DNA of 64,000 nt from Clostridia bacterium. Its GTDB lineage: Bacteria; Bacillota; Clostridia; Christensenellales; QALW01. Made by a program: the position numbers and the translations under genes. Below, one piece after another: positions 24,073-34,214 of the stretch. Below the pieces are notes generated by a model that saw only the letters and a program-made list of their open reading frames with translations, did no database searches and was not told where the DNA came from. The stretch lies in NCBI GenBank assembly GCA_017502165.1, contig JAFVVO010000005.1:10705-74704 (forward strand), written 5' to 3'. How positions within the stretch are numbered: the stretch's first letter is position 1; each line of letters begins with the position of its first letter.

Positions 24073-25257
24073 TTAATGATGGAATAAACGCATTCCTGTA
24101 AATGCCATGGCCATACCGTATTTATCTGCACATTCAATAACTAAATCGTCTCTGATGGAGCCGCCGGGCTCAGCAATGTATTTTACACCGCTTCTCTTTG
24201 CTCTTTCAATGTTATCTGCAAAGGGGAAGAATGCGTCGGAGCCAAGTGCAACAGAATCAATTTTAGCAAGATATTCCTTTGCTTCTGCATCGGTTAAAGG
24301 CTCGGGACGGGTTGTAAAATACTTCTGCCAGTTACCTTCTGCGCAAACGTCTTCTTCGTTTTTATTGATGTAGCCGTCGATAACGTTGTCACGGTCGGGT
24401 CGGCTGATGCCTTCCTTAAAGGGAAGGTTGAGCACCTTATCGTGCTGACGAAGGAACCAGGTGTCTGCCTTGCCGCCTGCAAGACGGGTGCAGTGAATAC
24501 GGGACTGCTGACCTGCGCCTACACCGATTGCCTGACCGTCAACCGCAAAGCAAACGGAGTTGGACTGAGTATATTTTAAGGTGATAAGCGCAATTATAAG
24601 GTCACGAACTGCGCTTTCAGGTAATTCCTTATTAGCGGTTACCAGGTTTGCAAGCAATTCGCGATTGATTTTGAAGTTATTTCTTCCCTGCTCGAAGGTG
24701 ATGCCGTAAACCTGCTTGTGCTCTACCTCATCGGGAACGAAATTAGGGTCAATCTGAATAATATTATAGTTGCCGTTTCTCTTGGTTTTAAGAATCTCAA
24801 GAGCTTCGGGCTCGTAGCCGGGGGCAATAATGCCGTCGGAAATTTCACGCTTGATCATCTTAGCGGTTGTAACGTCGCAAACGTCGGAAAGGGCAACGAA
24901 ATCACCGAAGGAGCACATTCTGTCGGCACCGCGGGCGCGGGCATAAGCGCAGGCTAAGGGAGAATCGTCCAAGCCCTCGATATCGTCAACGAAGCAAGCC
25001 TTTTTGAGCTTTTCACTAAGAGGTACGCCTACTGCCGCTGAGGTGGGGCTTACGTGCTTAAAGGAAGTTACTGCAGGCATTCCCAGAGCTTCTTTAAGCT
25101 CCTTAACAAGCTGCCAGCTGTTAAAAGCGTCTAAAAAGTTGATGTAGCCGGGTCTTACGCTTAAAATTTTAATTTGAGGGTCACTGCCGTCGAGCATATA
25201 AATTTTAGCGGGCTTTTGATTGGGGTAACAACCGGAATTTAATTCAAACTCTTTCAT
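24073..25257 (-). CDS. purH: AICAR formyltransferase (PurH transformylase domain only, no MGS-type IMP cyclohydrolase domain)
   Basis: 394 aa matching the C-terminal AICARFT half of PurH (SFKHVSPTSAAVG, VGAGQQSR, GSIRD). The N-terminal IMPCH/MGS domain is absent, consistent with the PurO-like gene upstream. Confidence 0.88.
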   Translation of the reverse strand: MKEFELNSGCYPNQKPAKIYMLDGSDPQIKILSVRPGYINFLDAFNSWQLVKELKEALGMPAVTSFKHVSPTSAAVGVPLSEKLKKACFVDDIEGLDDSPLACAYARARGADRMCSFGDFVALSDVCDVTTAKMIKREISDGIIAPGYEPEALEILKTKRNGNYNIIQIDPNFVPDEVEHKQVYGITFEQGRNNFKINRELLANLVTANKELPESAVRDLIIALITLKYTQSNSVCFAVDGQAIGVGAGQQSRIHCTRLAGGKADTWFLRQHDKVLNLPFKEGISRPDRDNVIDGYINKNEEDVCAEGNWQKYFTTRPEPLTDAEAKEYLAKIDSVALGSDAFFPFADNIERAKRSGVKYIAEPGGSIRDDLVIECADKYGMAMAFTGMRLFHH

Positions 25258-25270
25258 TTTTTTATCTTCC

Positions 25271-25555
25271 TTACTTATTTTTATTGATTATAACGTCTTC
25301 ATATTCGCCAGAAGCAATATCGGTATAGCGAACGTAAAGAGATATTTTGTTGTCCTTATCAAGTGCTTCCCAAAGTGAAGAAGCAAAAGCGTTAATATCG
25401 TTATCAATTGCAACGCGCTCAGGCTCACCCTGGAAAGTGGGAATGGGATTACCGTCACAAACGTAGGTGTGAATGAAATGACCTAAGCCCTTAAGCGCAG
25501 GATAGCTGAAGGTGTATCTGTTGCAAGCGGTACCTTCCGCGTCGGCACTTTTCAT
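25271..25555 (-). CDS. IMP cyclohydrolase (PurO-like), C-terminal fragment
   Basis: 94 aa. Its ATG overlaps the stop of the upstream fragment (ATATGA). Together the two ORFs total about 239 aa, which from memory is about the length of single-chain PurO-like proteins in Clostridia. Confidence 0.6.
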   Translation of the reverse strand: MKSADAEGTACNRYTFSYPALKGLGHFIHTYVCDGNPIPTFQGEPERVAIDNDINAFASSLWEALDKDNKISLYVRYTDIASGEYEDVIINKNK

Positions 25556-25989
25556 ATACTCATTTCGTATGAAAATTCATTTTCTCCAAAAGTAATCATA
25601 CCGCTGATACGGGGAGTGAGGTTTGGAGCATCAGGCTCAAACTCACGGCAAACTAATGCTTCGGAAAAGCTTTTGCCTGCCTTAATACCATCGTAAATCG
25701 TATCGGTCTGGTCACCGTTAGTTACAATAAGCTTATTTGCATATTTGCGCACTGCTGCATAAATTATTAAGCTGGGGTCTTCTACCTTTGATGCATCAAA
25801 GGGCTCGGTAAAAATCTCACCGTTCTTTTCGGTGAAGACACGGTTGCGGCTGTTAGCGCTTCTGCCCATAATAAAGTATGCGCTGCAAGCCTTTTTACCG
25901 TCAGGCGTTGCGCCAAGCACGATGCCTCTTCCAACATAGGAGTTATCTTTAATAAGCTCTGCAATATCGTTTATCTTATAAATATCCAT
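25552..25989 (-). CDS. IMP cyclohydrolase (PurO-like), N-terminal fragment
   Basis: YVGRGIVLGATPDGKKACSAYFIMGRSANSRNRVF matches the archaeal-type PurO signature (GR..G....G.....Y...SRS..NR). The start was set at the ATG at 25989 (MDIYKIND), 11 nt after the purN stop. Confidence 0.7.
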   Translation of the reverse strand: MDIYKINDIAELIKDNSYVGRGIVLGATPDGKKACSAYFIMGRSANSRNRVFTEKNGEIFTEPFDASKVEDPSLIIYAAVRKYANKLIVTNGDQTDTIYDGIKAGKSFSEALVCREFEPDAPNLTPRISGMITFGENEFSYEMSI

Positions 25990-26000
25990 TTTATTCACCT

Positions 26001-26594
26001 TTATTTTATAATTTTTGAACAAACCTTTTCTACTGCCAAGGGAAGAATTTTCCACTCGGCAAGACGCATAACGCGTTTTTGCAGGGTTTCGGGAGTATCG
26101 TTTTCTCTGATTGAAACTGCCTTTTGCATAATGATTTCTCCCCCATCGGGAATTTCATTAACAAAGTGGACTGTTGCGCCCGTAACCTTTACACCCTTTT
26201 CAAGTGCCGCCTCGTGCACGCGCAGACCGTAAAAGCCTTTTCCACAGAACGAGGGTATAAGGGACGGATGCACATTGATTATCTTTTTAGGAAATGCTTT
26301 AGTGAAGCTTTCGCTTAAAATTGACATAAAGCCTGCAAGAACGATAATATCAATTTTGTTTTCGGCTAAAAGCTCCTTGATGCGCTCTTCAAAGCCTTCG
26401 CCAAGCTCCTTTTTAAGCACAACTGCAGTTTTTATATCGGCGTTTTTTGCTCTTTCAAGGGCATAAGCGTTGGCGTTATTGGATATAACAAGAGTAATTT
26501 TTCCGCTTGTTATAATTCCTGCCTTCTGAGCATCAATAAGCGCCTGAAGGTTAGTTCCGCCGCCTGAAACAAGCACCGCTATATTCGCCGTCAT
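26001..26594 (-). CDS. purN: phosphoribosylglycinamide formyltransferase
   Basis: 197 aa with [15 protein letters not shown] and INVHPSLIP. Confidence 0.92.
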   Translation of the reverse strand: MTANIAVLVSGGGTNLQALIDAQKAGIITSGKITLVISNNANAYALERAKNADIKTAVVLKKELGEGFEERIKELLAENKIDIIVLAGFMSILSESFTKAFPKKIINVHPSLIPSFCGKGFYGLRVHEAALEKGVKVTGATVHFVNEIPDGGEIIMQKAVSIRENDTPETLQKRVMRLAEWKILPLAVEKVCSKIIK

Positions 26595-27631
26595 AAAATC
26601 ACCTTTTGCTCGCCTGCAACGATTTCACCGATAACGTAGGCATCCTCACCGCAAGCACGAAGAACTTTAACTGCTTTATCGGCGTTTTCCTTGCTAACGA
26701 CGATACTCATACCAACGCCCATATTGAAGGTGTTGAACATATCGTGCTCATCAATGTTGCCGGTTTTAGCAAGAAGATCAAAAATGGGAAGAATCTTAAC
26801 TGCTTTTTTGTCGATTTTTGCACCGAAGCCGTCGGGAATACTTCTTGGAATGTTCTCATAGAAACCGCCACCGGTAATGTGAGAAATTCCCTTAACCTCT
26901 ACCTGCTCTAAAAGTGCAAGCACGGATTTAACGTAAATCTTGGTGGGAGTTAAAAGGGTTTCACCGATACTCTTTCCGCCTAATGCTTCAAGAGGAGTTT
27001 TGATATCCTTGTTTTCAACGTCAAACACCTTGCGGACAAGGGAGAAACCGTTGGAGTGTACACCGCTTGATGCAAGGGCAATAACTACGTCGCCTGCGGT
27101 GATTTTCTTATTGTCGATAATTCTGTCCTTATCAACGATACCGGTTGAATAACCTGCTAAATCGTATTCGTCAACGGGATAGAAGCCGGGCATTTCAGCA
27201 GTTTCACCGCCGATGAGCGCGGCACCTGCCTGAACGCAGCCCTCGCTTACGCCCTTAACGATATCGGCAATTCTCTCGGGAACGTTCTTGCCGCAGGCAA
27301 TGTAATCAAGGAAGAACAGAGGCTTTGCGCCGCTGCAGATAATATCGTTAACGCACATAGCAACGCAGTCGATACCAACCGTATCGTGCTTGTCCATCAA
27401 AAATGCTATTTTAAGCTTTGTTCCAACGCCGTCGGTACCGCTTACAAGCACGGGACGCTTAATTCCCGTAAGGTCAAGTTCGAATAAACCGCCGAAGCCG
27501 CCAACGTCAGAGCAAACTCCGCTGGTGATTGTTCTTGCAATATGCTTTTTCATAAGCTCTACTGCTTTGTAGCCTGCGGTAATATCTACGCCTGCTGCTG
27601 CATAACTGTCTGATTTTGACTGTGTAATCAT
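26591..27631 (-). CDS. purM: phosphoribosylformylglycinamidine cyclo-ligase (AIR synthetase)
   Basis: [16 protein letters not shown] and GGETAEMPG. The start was set at the ATG at 27631 (MITQSKSD), 5 nt after the purF stop. Confidence 0.92.
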   Translation of the reverse strand: MITQSKSDSYAAAGVDITAGYKAVELMKKHIARTITSGVCSDVGGFGGLFELDLTGIKRPVLVSGTDGVGTKLKIAFLMDKHDTVGIDCVAMCVNDIICSGAKPLFFLDYIACGKNVPERIADIVKGVSEGCVQAGAALIGGETAEMPGFYPVDEYDLAGYSTGIVDKDRIIDNKKITAGDVVIALASSGVHSNGFSLVRKVFDVENKDIKTPLEALGGKSIGETLLTPTKIYVKSVLALLEQVEVKGISHITGGGFYENIPRSIPDGFGAKIDKKAVKILPIFDLLAKTGNIDEHDMFNTFNMGVGMSIVVSKENADKAVKVLRACGEDAYVIGEIVAGEQKVIL

Positions 27632-27636
27632 ATCTT

Positions 27637-29058
27637 TTATTCCTTTCCGTTCCAGCAATAAGTGCAAAGCTTGCAAGGCTCAAGCCCTATTGCCTTAATA
27701 ATTCCCTCAAGGGACTGAAATTCAAGTGACGTAAAATGCAATTTTTCGCAAATTGCGTTGCGCAGATTCTGTCCGCGTTCAGTAGTGGAATCGCTATACT
27801 CTTCCGTATGCTTAAACCCTTCTTCTCCTTCAAGCTCCATAATAACCTGACGGGCAATTAATTCCATTTCGTTGGTTGCCCTGGAAAAGTTAAGGTATTT
27901 ACATGCGAACATAATGGGCGGACACGCAGAACGCATATGAACTTCCTTGGCGCCGTTTTCATAAAGGAAATCTACCGTTTCCTTCAGCTGTGTGCCGCGG
28001 ACGATTGAATCGTCAACAAACAAAAGCTTTTTATCCTGAATAAGCTCGTGAACGGGTATCTGCTTCATTTTTGCTACCCTGCTTCTGTCCGTCTTCTTCG
28101 CCGTAAAGCTTCGGGGCCAGGTGGGTGTATATTTAATAAAGGGACGCGCAAAGGGTATGTGGCTTTTATTCGCATAGCCTATGGCGTGAGGTGTTCCCGA
28201 ATCAGGTACACCGCCGATATAATCTAAATCAAGGCTTTTGCCGTTTTTTGCGTCGTTTTCAGCCATAATTTCACCGTTACGGTAACGCATTATTTCAACG
28301 TTTTTTCCCTCATAGTTAGAGGTTGAATATCCGTAATAGGACCAAAGGAACGAGCAAATCTTCATTTCCTTTTCGGGTGCGCAGAGCTGATAAAGTCTGT
28401 CGGCAGAAAATTCTACTATTTCGCCCGGTCCAAGCTCACGCTCATCAAAGTATCCCAGCTTTTTATATGCGAAGGATTCAAAGGAAGCGCAATAGCCTTC
28501 ATCGTTTTTGCCGATTAAAACAGGTGTTCTTCCGACTAAATCTCTTGCGGCAATAATGTTTCCGTTCTGACGGAGAATCATCACCGACGCAGAGCCTTTG
28601 ATGACGGTTTGTGCAAATCTGATACCTTCTGCAAAGGTGTTCTTTTGATTTATTAGCGCCGCCAACAGCTCGGTGCTGTTTATTTTTCCGCCTGTGCGGG
28701 TGCTGAAATGTCCGCCGCTTTTAATGATATATTCATCAATAAGCTCTTCATCATTATTGATGGCGCCTATCATAATTATGGCGTAAATTCCTAATTTAGA
28801 GCGGATAAGCAACGGCTGAGGATCGGTTGAGCTGATACAGCCTATTGCCGAATTGCCGTGCATCTCCTGAAAAACGTCTTCAAATTTTGTTCTGAACGGT
28901 GAGTTTTCGATATTGTGAATTTCGCGCTGAAAGCCCGTTTCATCATTTATTGCCGCCATACCTGCACGGCGGGTGCCTAAATGAGAGTGGTAGTCAGTTC
29001 CGAAAAACACGTCCGAAATAGCGTCGTGCTTACTTGCTACGCCAAAAAATCCACCCAT
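27637..29058 (-). CDS. purF: amidophosphoribosyltransferase-like protein with a degenerate glutaminase domain (no N-terminal Cys)
   Basis: 473 aa with the PRPP-binding motif [13 protein letters not shown], located between purE and purM. The N-terminus is MGGFFGV instead of MCG(I/V)xG. AAGGAG lies upstream of the ATG, and the track shows no upstream in-frame start. Confidence 0.8.
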   Translation of the reverse strand: MGGFFGVASKHDAISDVFFGTDYHSHLGTRRAGMAAINDETGFQREIHNIENSPFRTKFEDVFQEMHGNSAIGCISSTDPQPLLIRSKLGIYAIIMIGAINNDEELIDEYIIKSGGHFSTRTGGKINSTELLAALINQKNTFAEGIRFAQTVIKGSASVMILRQNGNIIAARDLVGRTPVLIGKNDEGYCASFESFAYKKLGYFDERELGPGEIVEFSADRLYQLCAPEKEMKICSFLWSYYGYSTSNYEGKNVEIMRYRNGEIMAENDAKNGKSLDLDYIGGVPDSGTPHAIGYANKSHIPFARPFIKYTPTWPRSFTAKKTDRSRVAKMKQIPVHELIQDKKLLFVDDSIVRGTQLKETVDFLYENGAKEVHMRSACPPIMFACKYLNFSRATNEMELIARQVIMELEGEEGFKHTEEYSDSTTERGQNLRNAICEKLHFTSLEFQSLEGIIKAIGLEPCKLCTYCWNGKE

Positions 29059-29122
29059 AGCTATCTCCTTAATTCTGTATTGGTAAACTGTTGGCTATTG
29101 CAAACAGTTGTGAGTTTCTTAA

Positions 29123-29611
29123 TTAAATTCTTGCCTCGATTTCGGCATCCTTTTTAAGAACGTTTGCGGCATCGCCGGCACGCTTTGCGTCAAGCTTTGC
29201 CGCCAAGGAAGCGTCCTCTACAGCTAAAATCTGTGCGCAAAGAAGCGCCGCATTTGCTCCGCCGTTAATTGCAACAGTTGCAACGGGAATACCGGTGGGC
29301 ATTTGTACGGTTGATAAAAGTGCGTCAAGCCCATCCAGGTTAGAGGACTTGCAGGGAATACCGATAACGGGAAGCGTTGTGTTTGCCGCAATAGCACCTG
29401 CTAAGTGCGCCGCCATACCTGCCGCCGCAATTATTGCACCAAAGCCGTTTTCACGGGCAGAAAGGGCAAAATCTCTTGCTTCAACGGGTGTTCTGTGAGC
29501 AGAATAAACGTGCACCTCAAAGGGAATATCAAGTGCTTTAAGCATATCCGTTGCTTTTGTAATGATAGGAAGGTCGCTGTCGCTTCCCATAACTATTCCA
29601 ACTTTTTTCAT
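29123..29611 (-). CDS. purE: 5-(carboxyamino)imidazole ribonucleotide mutase / AIR carboxylase
   Basis: 162 aa with VGIVMGSDSDLP and AGMAAHLAG. No purK is adjacent. The class (I or II) cannot be decided by eye. Confidence 0.9.
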   Translation of the reverse strand: MKKVGIVMGSDSDLPIITKATDMLKALDIPFEVHVYSAHRTPVEARDFALSARENGFGAIIAAAGMAAHLAGAIAANTTLPVIGIPCKSSNLDGLDALLSTVQMPTGIPVATVAINGGANAALLCAQILAVEDASLAAKLDAKRAGDAANVLKKDAEIEARI

Positions 29612-29629
29612 TTCTTTTCTCCTTAAAAA

Positions 29630-29750
29630 TTAAAAAAGGGCACAGTTACTCTTTTACGAGTAATTGTGCCCAGACGGTCGGCTGAATAAAGGTTCTTTGT
29701 TTCTTTGTGGTGCTCCACGTTTATCCGTCAGTAGCAAAGAACTTACAATA
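29630..29750 (-). ncRNA. ZTP (pfl-motif) riboswitch with expression-platform terminator, upstream of purE
   Basis: The minus strand reads ...ACUGACGGAUAAACGUGGAGCACCAC...(linker)...CAGCCGACCGUCUGGGCAC. Compare the pfl consensus ACUGGCG...CGGGGAGC...CCGCCUGGGCA; the pseudoknot GACGG/CCGUC covaries with it. The terminator GGGCACAaTTACTC-gtaaaa-GAGTAAcTGTGCCC plus UUUUUU overlaps the conserved GGGCA. Confidence 0.8.
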
Positions 29751-29763
29751 AAAATACGAATAA

Positions 29764-29792
29764 ATTATATTATATTTCGCATTTTTTGTCAA
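29764..29792 (-). promoter_or_regulatory. sigma-A consensus promoter of the pur operon (TTGACA-17 bp-TATAAT)
   Basis: On the minus strand, TTGACA (29792-29787), a 17-bp spacer and TATAAT (29769-29764). Confidence 0.7.
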
Positions 29793-29810
29793 GGCACATC
29801 TACGATTATT

Positions 29811-30236
29811 TTATTCTTTATCTTTCGCTTTCGTTTCGCAATAAATGCAACGGTAAATACCGTTTTCGCGGTCTGCAAGCTTGAAAATATGCTTTATTTC
29901 CTGCTCGGTTGACGTGATGCAACGAGGGTTTTTACATTTTATTACGTCTTCTAAGATAAGGGGCATATCGATAGTCTTTTTTTCTATCAATTTGCCGTCC
30001 TTGATTACGTTTACAGTTACGTCCGGGTCAACGTAGCCGATAACGTCAAGATTAACGTCAATATCAGCGTCGATTTTAATAATATCCTTTTTGCCCATCT
30101 TTTTACTGTTAACGTTCTTTATGATAGCAATGGAGCAATCAATTTTATCTAAGCCCAGCATTTTATAAAGCAACATTCCTCTGCCTGAGGTAATGTGGTC
30201 GATTACAAATCCGTTTGTGATAGAATCTATATTCAC
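29811..30236 (-). CDS. pyrI: aspartate carbamoyltransferase regulatory subunit
   Basis: 141 aa with a C-terminal zinc domain (CKNPRCIT...YRCIYCE). It overlaps the pyrB stop. Confidence 0.9.
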   Translation of the reverse strand: MNIDSITNGFVIDHITSGRGMLLYKMLGLDKIDCSIAIIKNVNSKKMGKKDIIKIDADIDVNLDVIGYVDPDVTVNVIKDGKLIEKKTIDMPLILEDVIKCKNPRCITSTEQEIKHIFKLADRENGIYRCIYCETKAKDKE

Positions 30237-31153
30237 TTCTGTGCCTCCTTAAGCAATTTAAGAATCAGTGCCATACGCATATATTTGCCGTTAAGCACCT
30301 GCTTGAAATAGCAGGCACGCTTATCAGAGTCAATAGAAACGCTGATTTCGTTAACTCTGGGAAGGGGGTGCATAATACACAAATCCTCTTTAGCGTTTTT
30401 AAGCTTATTGGGCTCCAGCACGTAGCTATCCTTAAGACGAAGATAATCTTCCTCGTTAAAGAAGCGTTCTCTCTGAACTCGTGTCATATAAAGAATATCA
30501 AGCTTAGGCATAGCTTCTTCTAAACTTGTGGTCTGCTCATAAGGTATTCCATTCTTTTTAAGAACGTCTTTCTTAATGTAGCTTGGAAGCTTCAATTCTT
30601 CAGGCGAAATAAGCACAAACTTAACGTTGGAGTAACGGGAAAGTGCGCTGATTAAGGAATGCACCGTTCTGCCGAACTTCAAATCTCCGCAGAAGCCAAC
30701 GGTTAAATTATCAAAGCCGCCCTTTTCTCTGTAAATCGTAAGTAAGTCTGCAAGAGTCTGGGTGGGATGGTTGTGTCCCCCATCACCTGCGTTAATTACG
30801 GGTATAGTGGCATTTTGCGATGCTACTAACGGCGCGCCCTCTTTAGGATGACGCATTGCGATAATATCAGCATAGCAGCTTATGGTTTTTGCCGTATCTG
30901 CAACGCTTTCGCCCTTTGCGGCAGAAGAGCTGGTAGCCTCAGAAAATCCGATTACGTTTCCGCCAAGCTCATACATTGCCGCCTCAAAGCTGAGACGCGT
31001 TCTTGTTGAAGGCTCAAAAAACAGTGTTGCAAGCTTCTTGCCTCGGCAAGTTTCTGCGTATTTTGCAGGATTTTCAATAATATCGCAGGCAACTGCAATA
31101 AGCTCTTCTATTTCTTTAACAGAAAGGTCAAGAATGTCTATAAGACTTCTCAT
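30233..31153 (-). CDS. pyrB: aspartate carbamoyltransferase catalytic subunit
   Basis: [17 protein letters not shown] and HPLPR. The start was set at the ATG at 31153 (MRSLIDIL), overlapping the pyrE stop (TAATG). Confidence 0.93.
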   Translation of the reverse strand: MRSLIDILDLSVKEIEELIAVACDIIENPAKYAETCRGKKLATLFFEPSTRTRLSFEAAMYELGGNVIGFSEATSSSAAKGESVADTAKTISCYADIIAMRHPKEGAPLVASQNATIPVINAGDGGHNHPTQTLADLLTIYREKGGFDNLTVGFCGDLKFGRTVHSLISALSRYSNVKFVLISPEELKLPSYIKKDVLKKNGIPYEQTTSLEEAMPKLDILYMTRVQRERFFNEEDYLRLKDSYVLEPNKLKNAKEDLCIMHPLPRVNEISVSIDSDKRACYFKQVLNGKYMRMALILKLLKEAQK

Positions 31154-31794
31154 TATTTTGCCTCCGCTTTTATCCAACTTTCGTCGGAAGGATTGTTTCT
31201 GAATGCGATTAAACGTTCAACGTCAGCAGGCTTAATGTAGCCTTCCTCGGCGGCAACTGCCGCAATAACGTCAAAGTTTGTAAGTGAAACGTTTTTAACG
31301 TTTGCTTCTTCTAAGCGAACAATGCCTTTCTTCATTCCGTAGGTGAAGATGCTTACAATACCAAGAACTTCTGCACCTGCTTCACGAAGCACGTTAACAA
31401 CTTCGATAACGCTTCCGCCGGTGGAAATAAGGTCTTCAACAACTACTACTTTCTGTCCCTTCTCAAGCTTGCCCTCAATCTGATTCTGTCTGCCGTGGTC
31501 CTTTGCTCCTGAGCGAACGTAGCCCATAGGCATATCAAGAAGATGCGCGGTAATTGCGGCGTGGGCAATACCTGCGGTAGAAGTGCCCATAAGCACCTGA
31601 GCTTCGGGGTAGTTTTCCTTAATAAGCTGAGCAAGTCCTTCTTCAACGTCCAAACGAACGTCAGGCGCGGTTAAGGTAAGACGGTTATCGCAATAAACGG
31701 GGCTTTTAATTCCGCTTGCCCAAGTAAAAGGCTCTTCGGGACGGAAGAACACTGCTTTAATTGAAAGTAAATCCTTTGCAATCTTTTTTTCCAT
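31153..31794 (-). CDS. pyrE: orotate phosphoribosyltransferase
   Basis: 213 aa with the PRPP motif [13 protein letters not shown]. Confidence 0.92.
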   Translation of the reverse strand: MEKKIAKDLLSIKAVFFRPEEPFTWASGIKSPVYCDNRLTLTAPDVRLDVEEGLAQLIKENYPEAQVLMGTSTAGIAHAAITAHLLDMPMGYVRSGAKDHGRQNQIEGKLEKGQKVVVVEDLISTGGSVIEVVNVLREAGAEVLGIVSIFTYGMKKGIVRLEEANVKNVSLTNFDVIAAVAAEEGYIKPADVERLIAFRNNPSDESWIKAEAK

Positions 31795-31812
31795 TTTATA
31801 TTCTCCTTAAAC

Positions 31813-32511
31813 TTAATCAACAAATTCTTTAACGCATCTTTCGTATGCGGCAACGGGATCCTCTGCGGCAGTAATAGGTCTGCCTACTACGATGTAATCA
31901 GAGCCGATTTTCTTAGCTTCGGCAGGAGTCATAACTCTCTTCTGATCCCCCATATCACCGTCAGCAAAACGAACGCCGGGGGTAACGGTTAAGAATGTTT
32001 CACCGCAAACCGCGTGTACCTTTTCAGCCTCCAAGGGTGAGCAAACAACGCCGTCAAGCCCTGCAAAAGCTGCATTTTTTGCATAGTGCATAACTACCTG
32101 ATCAATAGGCTCCTTAATTAAAAGGTCTGCTTCCATACTTTCCTGATCGGTTGAAGTAAGCTGAGTAACGGCAATCAGCAAAGGACGGGTGCCGTCTTCT
32201 CTTGTTAAGCCAACAAGTGCTTCCTTCATCATTTTAGTTGTGCCTGCGGCGTGAAGATTGCACATATCCACGTCTAAACGGGAAAGCACTGCCATTGCCT
32301 TTTTAACCGTATTGGGAATATCGTGCAATTTAAGGTCAAGGAAAATTTTATGACCGCGAGCCTTGATTTCTCTTACGATTCCGGGGCCTTCTGCATAAAA
32401 AAGCTCCATACCGATTTTTACAAAGGGCTTTTTGTCCTTAAACCGATCTAAAAACTCAAAAGTCTTTTCTGCGCTTGCAAAGTCGCAAGCAATAATAACG
32501 TCCTTACCCAT
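31813..32511 (-). CDS. pyrF: orotidine 5'-phosphate decarboxylase
   Basis: 232 aa with DLKLHDIPNT and VVGRPI. Confidence 0.92.
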   Translation of the reverse strand: MGKDVIIACDFASAEKTFEFLDRFKDKKPFVKIGMELFYAEGPGIVREIKARGHKIFLDLKLHDIPNTVKKAMAVLSRLDVDMCNLHAAGTTKMMKEALVGLTREDGTRPLLIAVTQLTSTDQESMEADLLIKEPIDQVVMHYAKNAAFAGLDGVVCSPLEAEKVHAVCGETFLTVTPGVRFADGDMGDQKRVMTPAEAKKIGSDYIVVGRPITAAEDPVAAYERCVKEFVD

Positions 32512-33422
32512 TACTGTACACCTCCGATGATATCTTTTAATGAATCTATTTTATATTCTTTCATCTTTTTGGGAAGCTCTGCAATAATATCTCTGCAAGC
32601 AAAGGGGTCAATAAGATTTGCGGCACCAACTTCTACTGCCGTTGCGCCTGCAAGCATCATTTCGATTACGTCCTCTGCGCTTGCAACTCCGCCCATACCC
32701 ACAACGGGAATTTTTACTGCGTTTGCCACCTGGTAAACCATTCTGACGGCTACGGGGAAAATTGCGCTACCTGAAAAACCGCCCATTTTATTTTTTATAA
32801 CGGGCTTTCTTGATTTTAAGTCGATACGCATACCTAAAAGGGTATTTATCAAACTTATGCCGTCTGCCCCTGCGTCTTCGCAGGCCTTTGCTATTGAAAC
32901 AATGTCCGTAACGTTTGGCGAAAGCTTTAATATTACGGGCTTTGTGGTTACCTTTTTAACTGCTTTTGTAACTTCTGCCGCCGCTTCGGGTGAAGTGCCG
33001 AAGCTCAGTCCTCCGCCGTGAACGTTGGGACAGCTCACGTTAACCTCAAGCCAGCCTACCTGCTGGCAAGCGTCAAGTTTTTGGCAGGTGTAGGCGTAAT
33101 CTTCAACGGAAAATCCGCTTACGTTTGCCATAACCTTTTTGTTAAAGCATTTTTTAAGCTTGGGTAATTCTTCACTTATAACCTTTTCAACTCCCGGGTT
33201 TTGCAGTCCTACTGCATTTATCATTCCCATTGAGCATTCGGCAATTCTCGGTGTGGGATTACCGAAGCGAGCGTCCTTTGTTGTGCCCTTAAAGGAGAAG
33301 GTGCCTAAAACGTTAATATCGTAAAGTTCTGCAAATTCATATCCGTATCCAAAGGTTCCGCTTGCGGGAATTACGGGGTTATCAAGCTCTATTCCGCACA
33401 GATTAACACTTAATTTTCCCAT
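32511..33422 (-). CDS. pyrD: dihydroorotate dehydrogenase, class 1B catalytic subunit
   Basis: 303 aa with ASGTFGYG and NVSCPN. It is paired with pyrK. Confidence 0.92.
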   Translation of the reverse strand: MGKLSVNLCGIELDNPVIPASGTFGYGYEFAELYDINVLGTFSFKGTTKDARFGNPTPRIAECSMGMINAVGLQNPGVEKVISEELPKLKKCFNKKVMANVSGFSVEDYAYTCQKLDACQQVGWLEVNVSCPNVHGGGLSFGTSPEAAAEVTKAVKKVTTKPVILKLSPNVTDIVSIAKACEDAGADGISLINTLLGMRIDLKSRKPVIKNKMGGFSGSAIFPVAVRMVYQVANAVKIPVVGMGGVASAEDVIEMMLAGATAVEVGAANLIDPFACRDIIAELPKKMKEYKIDSLKDIIGGVQ

Positions 33423-34144
33423 AAAATTTCCTCCTTAAACAAAACGGGACCGTCTTTGCAAATGCGCTTATAGCCCGTTACGGTTTTGCAGGAGCAGCCC
33501 ATACAAGCGCCGAAGCCGCAGCCCATACGCTCTTCAAAGCTGAACTGACCGCTTGTAGTACTTGCAGAATATATTGCCTTAAGCATCGGCTCGGGACCGC
33601 AAACGTAGAAATGAGAGTATTCTTTATTCTTCATTGCATCAGTCACGAAGCCCTTAATGCCGTAAGAGCCGTCAACTGTGGTAACTGTTACACAAGCCCC
33701 AAGTGCCTTAAATTCTTCCTCGTAAAAAACCTCGTTCTTTGTGTTAAAGCCTAAAATAACTGAAACCTTTTTGCCCTGCGCAATAAGATTTTTGGCAAGC
33801 TTATACATAGGAGGCACGCCTACTCCCCCGCCTAAAAGCAAGGGGGTTTCGCCTGAAACGGTTTCGTCGTAGCCGTTACCGAGACCTGTAAGCACGTCTA
33901 AAACACCTTCTTGCATTTGGCTCATTGCCTTTGTGCCTTTGCCTACTACCTTGTATAAAATCGTAAGAGTATTTTCGTCATAATCGCAAACGGAAATGGG
34001 TCTGCGGAGAAAGAAGCCGTCAAGCTTAATATTAACAAACTGACCTGATGAGGTTATGTCCTCCGTGTTCCCGCGGAGCACCATCTTATAGACGGACTCC
34101 GTTAAGGGAACGTTTTGACAAATTTCAAATAATCCTTGTTTCAT
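33410..34144 (-). CDS. pyrK: dihydroorotate dehydrogenase electron-transfer subunit
   Basis: FAD/NAD-binding fold plus a C-terminal 2Fe-2S Cys cluster (CGFGACMGCSC). The start was set at the ATG at 34144 (MKQGLFEI), which has AAGGTG upstream. Confidence 0.88.
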   Translation of the reverse strand: MKQGLFEICQNVPLTESVYKMVLRGNTEDITSSGQFVNIKLDGFFLRRPISVCDYDENTLTILYKVVGKGTKAMSQMQEGVLDVLTGLGNGYDETVSGETPLLLGGGVGVPPMYKLAKNLIAQGKKVSVILGFNTKNEVFYEEEFKALGACVTVTTVDGSYGIKGFVTDAMKNKEYSHFYVCGPEPMLKAIYSASTTSGQFSFEERMGCGFGACMGCSCKTVTGYKRICKDGPVLFKEEILWEN

Positions 34145-34214
34145 TTTACACCTTAATGGACGGTAACCGCCGCCTGATTCAGCCGTTTTTGGCTGATTCA
34201 AGCCATGCTTACGA

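Noticed and set aside
29612-29810. Purine (guanine/adenine) riboswitch upstream of purE
   Set aside because: I looked for the UAUAAU..GGG..UAUGGCCC..CCGUAAAU..ACUA pattern and did not find it. The conserved blocks fit the ZTP/pfl motif instead.
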